Source of the DNA: Podarcis filfolensis | Taxonomy: Eukaryota | Strand: one strand, 5' to 3' | NCBI GenBank assembly: GCA_964270895.1 | Contig: OZ185435.1 | DNA: 64,000 bases | In this document: positions 61,501 through 64,000 of the stretch, piece after piece | Layout: each line of letters starts with the position of its first letter | Numbering within the stretch: position 1 is the first letter of the stretch | Notes under the pieces: model-generated | The model's input: only the letters and a program-made list of their open reading frames with translations | Told to the model about the DNA's origin: nothing | Database searches by the model: none | Made by a program: the position numbers and the translations under genes

Positions 61501-62252
61501 TTTCCTCCAAAGGCAGGATACATGATTCTGTCCCCCTCTCACTCATATTTTATCCTCACAACAACCCTGTGAGGGTAGGTTAGGCTGAGATAGTATGGTT
61601 GCAAGGGAGTTTTGAACCTGTCTCCCCAGTTCTTGTCTGAGTCTTTACACCTTCACTGTAGGCGTATTAAATATTCTTCTCTCTCTATTTTATCAATGTG
61701 CTACCCCTCCAGTTATTGAGATATCTTTCTTTTCTGCATTTCCAATGTTCTATCGGAGCTCAAGGGAAGGAATAAATTTTATGGTTCTTGATATTATTTA
61801 TGTTGATGCAAGAGGAAAACTTAAAATTATATAGAAATAACTTTGGCAGCAGCATTTCATATATATCAACAGGATTTTCAATCTGAAAGAAAGAAAGAAA
61901 GCCACACATGTGCTGAAAATATGCCAGAGTAAATCTTTGGATCCAACCATAGAGGGCCAGAAATGGCTAACTGATGAATTCTAAAACCAGAATTGCTCAA
62001 AGATGACATGGAGGGAGGGAGTGGCAAAATTATATAAACAAACAAAAACAAGTAAGATTAGGAAACACTCCAGAAATGGTGTATTCACTGGATTTGGTTC
62101 ACATGTCTTCTAGCGCCAGCGACTAATTCATGCTGCCAATGGCAAGCTGATCCAGAATGGGAAGCATGAGAATATCGAAAATGGGGCCATCCATGTTGAT
62201 AACCAAGAAGAGGAGCATGAACATACCAACCTGTCTCCTTTTTCACCACCAG
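36516..62252 (+). CDS. SLC24A4: SLC24A4 / NCKX4 (sodium/potassium/calcium exchanger 4), partial multi-exon CDS: 10 internal exons, N- and C-termini outside window
   Basis: Exons of 77, 75, 85, 104, 75, 26, 54, 143, 170 and 139 nt (948 nt) all have AG/GT borders and phases that join into one open frame. It runs [10 protein letters not shown]...[42 protein letters not shown]...[35 protein letters not shown]. Residues [15 protein letters not shown] and VVRLTWW match NCKX4 rather than NCKX3 (SSAPELFTS, FITKGD) as I recall them. Confidence 0.96.
37483..37603 (-). mobile_element. tRNA-Asn(GTT)-headed, CR1-tailed SINE
   Basis: Reverse complement GGCTGTTAATCAGAAGGTTGGTGGTTCAAGCCCACCCAGGGAC matches the tRNA-Asn 3' half; ATTCTATG x2 tail. 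Confidence 0.78.
39130..39480 (+). mobile_element. L2 endonuclease (APE) N-terminal remnant
   Basis: [31 protein letters not shown] is a decayed NxRS...DL.CITETW motif. Confidence 0.7.
40613..40687 (+). CDS. SLC24A4: SLC24A4 exon: [25 protein letters not shown]
   Basis: CCCACAG| acceptor, |GTACGT donor; 75 nt, phase 0 to 0. Confidence 0.97.
41131..41215 (+). CDS. SLC24A4: SLC24A4 exon: [28 protein letters not shown](G), start of alpha-1 repeat
   Basis: TTTCTTTCAG| acceptor, |GTAAG donor; 85 nt, phase 0 to 1. Confidence 0.97.
42017..42208 (-). mobile_element. tRNA-Ala-headed SINE
   Basis: Reverse homologue of 35088-35277. Confidence 0.78.
42298..42401 (+). CDS. SLC24A4: SLC24A4 exon: (G)[34 protein letters not shown]
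   Basis: TGTCTAG| acceptor, |GTTAGT donor; 104 nt, phase 1 to 0. Confidence 0.97.
43578..43711. repeat. Inverted repeat / hairpin with perfect 29-bp arms
   Basis: 43590-43618 is the exact reverse complement of 43670-43698; imperfect pairing continues outward and inward. Confidence 0.9.
44856..44930 (+). CDS. SLC24A4: SLC24A4 exon: [25 protein letters not shown]
   Basis: TTTCCAG| acceptor, |GTAAGT donor; 75 nt, phase 0 to 0. Confidence 0.96.
45740..45793. repeat. (AAC)18 microsatellite
   Basis: Direct reading. Other microsatellites: (ATT)n ~9443-9490, (ATCT)n ~19297-19371, (GT)n ~22979-23002, ~25916-25940 and ~43440-43476, (GA)n ~50313-50341, (CA)n ~58539-58581. Confidence 0.97.
45794..46332. 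mobile_element. Forward L2 3' fragment (about 45876-46290) nested in a reverse L2 3' end (45794-45875 and 46308-46332)
   Basis: Forward copy encodes [12 protein letters not shown]...[15 protein letters not shown]...[16 protein letters not shown]; the flanks are the reverse complement of the same 3' UTR. Confidence 0.85.
46527..46569 (-). mobile_element. Minimal BovB 3' tail insertion (about 43 bp)
   Basis: TTGTTGTTGTTTAGTCATTTAGTCGTGTCCGACTCTTCGTGAC is the reverse complement of the BovB end at about 7910-7953. Confidence 0.85.
46807..46832 (+). CDS. SLC24A4: SLC24A4 small exon: FIYDEKIV(W)
   Basis: Long pyrimidine tract then TTTTAG|; |GTAAGC donor; 26 nt, phase 0 to 2. Confidence 0.94.
47572..47625 (+). 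CDS. SLC24A4: SLC24A4 exon: (W)[17 protein letters not shown](K)
   Basis: Acceptor TTTGAG| (G at -3), TACTAAT branch-like motif at 47542; |GTAAGT donor; 54 nt, phase 2 to 2. Confidence 0.93.
47965..48215 (+). mobile_element. hAT-type element, internally deleted copy
   Basis: TAGGGATGGG / CCCATTCCTA termini; homologous to 19192-19720. Confidence 0.7.
48355..48740 (+). mobile_element. Sauria SINE
   Basis: Colinear with 10957-11338; GGGGTCCTTTACCTTTT tail. Confidence 0.9.
49609..49751 (+). CDS. SLC24A4: SLC24A4 exon (long form): (K)[47 protein letters not shown]
   Basis: CCATCTAG| acceptor, |GTAAGG donor at 49752; internal in-frame donor G|GTAATG at 49695; 143 nt, phase 2 to 1. Confidence 0.92.
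50042..50306. mobile_element. Inverted pair of Penelope-like terminal repeats with decayed hammerhead motifs
   Basis: Arms 50042-50135 and 50176-50268 are near-perfect reverse complements; the right copy continues to ...CAGACCAACACGGTTACCTACCTGTAACTA. Confidence 0.75.
51100..51560 (-). mobile_element. Old L2-like 3' fragment
   Basis: TTTATT-rich tail at about 51095 and reverse RAFS...LWN-type region (CAAGCATTCCAAAG...GAATGCCCT). Confidence 0.55.
52382..52570. other. Assembly gap (189 N)
   Basis: Run of N in the sequence. Confidence 1.
53646..53951. mobile_element. hAT-type MITE
   Basis: CAGTGGTTCCCAAAC / GTTTGGAAATCCCTG termini; no clear TSD. Confidence 0.65.
54739..55175 (+). mobile_element. 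hAT-type element (degraded termini)
   Basis: Reverse homologue of 19192-19720 over about 400 bp. Confidence 0.7.
55701..57780 (-). mobile_element. L1-clade LINE, 5'-truncated (2.08 kb), young
   Basis: Two long ORF2 segments: 56912-57769 with AFADD, and 56107-56988 with the zinc-knuckle CWKC...HLWWTC. PolyA on minus strand at 55701; perfect 18-bp TSD CCAGCTCATATATTCTGG (55683-55700, 57781-57798). Confidence 0.95.
60296..60465 (+). CDS. SLC24A4: SLC24A4 exon: (V)[56 protein letters not shown]
   Basis: CAATAG| acceptor with CTAAC branch-like motif at 60270; |GTGAGT donor; 170 nt, phase 1 to 0. Confidence 0.96.
60790..61165 (+). mobile_element. CR1 3' remnant with nested hAT MITE
   Basis: The CR1 3' UTR sequence resumes after the MITE (GGACTAGAT|...|TAACCCTTTG). 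Confidence 0.65.
61007..61124. mobile_element. hAT MITE (118 bp)
   Basis: CAGGGTTTCTCAAACT / AGTTTGGGAAACCCTG TIR; 8-bp TSD GACTAGAT/CACTAGAT. Confidence 0.88.
62114..62252 (+). CDS. SLC24A4: SLC24A4 exon: [46 protein letters not shown]
   Basis: TCTTCTAG| acceptor, |GTAAAT donor; 139 nt, phase 0 to 1. Not in the ORF track (no in-frame ATG); found by reading the sequence. Confidence 0.93.
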
Positions 62253-62384
62253 GTAAATCTCAGTTGTATTACAGAATGAATGGGTGAGCAAGATCGCTTT
62301 GCCCCATGGAACCAGCAATGGCATTCAGCTTCCAAACTATCACCACCACCCTCCAGCCAGCCAGTTCCTCTCACTTCCAGCTCT

Positions 62385-62572
62385 AAGAACATGAAAAGCT
62401 GAACCAGACCATTGGTCCATCTAGCTCAGCATTGTCTACACTGACTAGCAGTGGCTCAGGCCAGGGTTTCACGCAAGGGTCTTTACCAGCGCGACCTGGA
62501 GATGCTGGGTATTAAGCAAGGGTCCTTCTGCATCAAAAGCATGTGCTCTGCCACTGAGACCCAGATCTTCTC
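62385..62572 (-). mobile_element. tRNA-Ala-headed SINE
   Basis: Reverse homologue of 35088-35277. Confidence 0.72.
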
Positions 62573-64000
62573 CTTTTCCTCTGATCACCAGTTATGTCGT
62601 TTCCCCATTCTCCTACTCTGCTTTGTCTTACTGGTTGGCCCAGCAAAAAGGAGAATGGGTATATTCAAGTTGCCTACTTGGGTCATCTACCATTTGGAGA
62701 CTCCAGGGAGTGGTGTTCATTCATGTGTGCTCACCCAGGGGCCAGGGATAGTATGCAAGGCAAACTTTTCATCTGTACACAAGTGAATCTTGTACACATG
62801 TTTGGAAATGTTTGGCTGCAATAAAAGTAGTCTCCAAGTTATGATCTCAGTGAGTGAATATTTGGTCTCCTTAAAGTGAACTCGTATTCCTTATCAGCTT
62901 TATATTTCCAGGAACGATATCTTAGATTTGTTGCCATTGCAAGTGGTCTTAGTATTTTGGGTTAGGAAATGTGCACAAAGGGAATATCTGAATCACAAAC
63001 TGATTTAAGAAACAACTCCTCTTCCCAGGCAGCCCAGGAAAGGGCAGTTATGTGAAGATGGCAAAGAGAATTCTCATCTTTCTCAGCAAACTAAAAAAAC
63101 ACACCCCAGGATTCTTTATAGGAAACCAAGGCAGCTAAAGTGATATAGAATGCTTGTACATTTATGTGAAGATATGCCCCAGAGACTGGTTGTGGCATAT
63201 GGATGAGTCTTACGTGGTGCATTCAGACTATTTCCTGCAAATCTATGCTTCCTTCTTCGAGAATTGCAGGCTTCAGTCCCCCCCACCTTTAAATGCTGAA
63301 GTTGCAATATTGCACCCACATGTCCCCTTCCTTGAAACCCCTTCAGATAAATTAGATACAATTTGCTGTAGATTAAGAGAGGTGGAGGGTCATCAAATGG
63401 TCATCAAAAGGGTCATCAAATGGTTCAGATCACGGAAGTAGCTACATTTTACATCTACTGTACTGTACTGGTTTCCGTGGACCAGAAACTACTTCATCAG
63501 ACGCCACAGGGTTCTGCAGGGCTGCAACATACCCACCGGGAAATTATTTTAATGGAGCGCCCGCAGCAAATTGTGCCCATTGGGTCAAATATTTATGCCT
63601 TCCACTTCCTTACTTTAATCAGACCCAGTTCATCCAGCCCTAAGAATAAATGACTGCTGTGAATTGTTATGAAGACACAAAACTCCTTCTCACCTTAGGG
63701 TTAGAAGAAATTGCTGACAACAGCTTAAAACCAATCTGTGGTTTTTGGCTATTGGTTTAGCTATTTGCCAAATTGTGTTCTACTCTCTGTGTTTCATTGG
63801 AAAACTCGTATAGTCTTTGATCTATATTCAATATGTAGCTAGTGAATTACATTGCTCGTATCTTGTTAAGTCACTTTGAAACCTTTTCTTTTTTATATAA
63901 ATTGACTGGCAAATGTAAATTATAGTCACAATTGTAATGCCTCTTCCCTCCTCTCCCCTTTTGGGATTTGTTTAGCTCCCTGAACATCATCATCATCATT

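Overview
Vertebrate genomic DNA, CpG-depleted. The repeat landscape (Sauria SINE, BovB, L2, CR1, L1, hAT/Tigger MITEs) indicates a squamate, most likely a lacertid lizard; this taxon call is inferred. The only host gene I can support is SLC24A4 (NCKX4, K+-dependent Na+/Ca2+ exchanger) on the + strand. Ten consecutive internal coding exons (36516-62252; 948 nt, about 316 aa) with consistent splice phases cover the alpha-1 repeat, TM1-5 and the cytosolic loop. The 5' and 3' exons lie outside the window, so bases 1-36515 are probably one large intron. None of the ORFs in the supplied track is a standalone host gene; they are exon fragments, TE remnants or noise. The most unusual observation is that four mutually divergent solo LTRs (13676-14092, 20389-20890, 26955-27717, 30046-30330) retain the same decayed reading frame in U3: an acidic tract, then SPRTRR, then RRSxRL-like. 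This suggests an LTR-encoded accessory protein. Also notable are an inverted pair of Penelope-type terminal repeats with decayed hammerhead cores, a fold-back BovB 5' junction, CR1-tailed SINEs with four different tRNA heads, a young antisense L1, an in-frame alternative donor in SLC24A4, and CpG-retaining candidate enhancers including a triple CRX/OTX-type site. All family names come from recall of consensus sequences; no database search was run.
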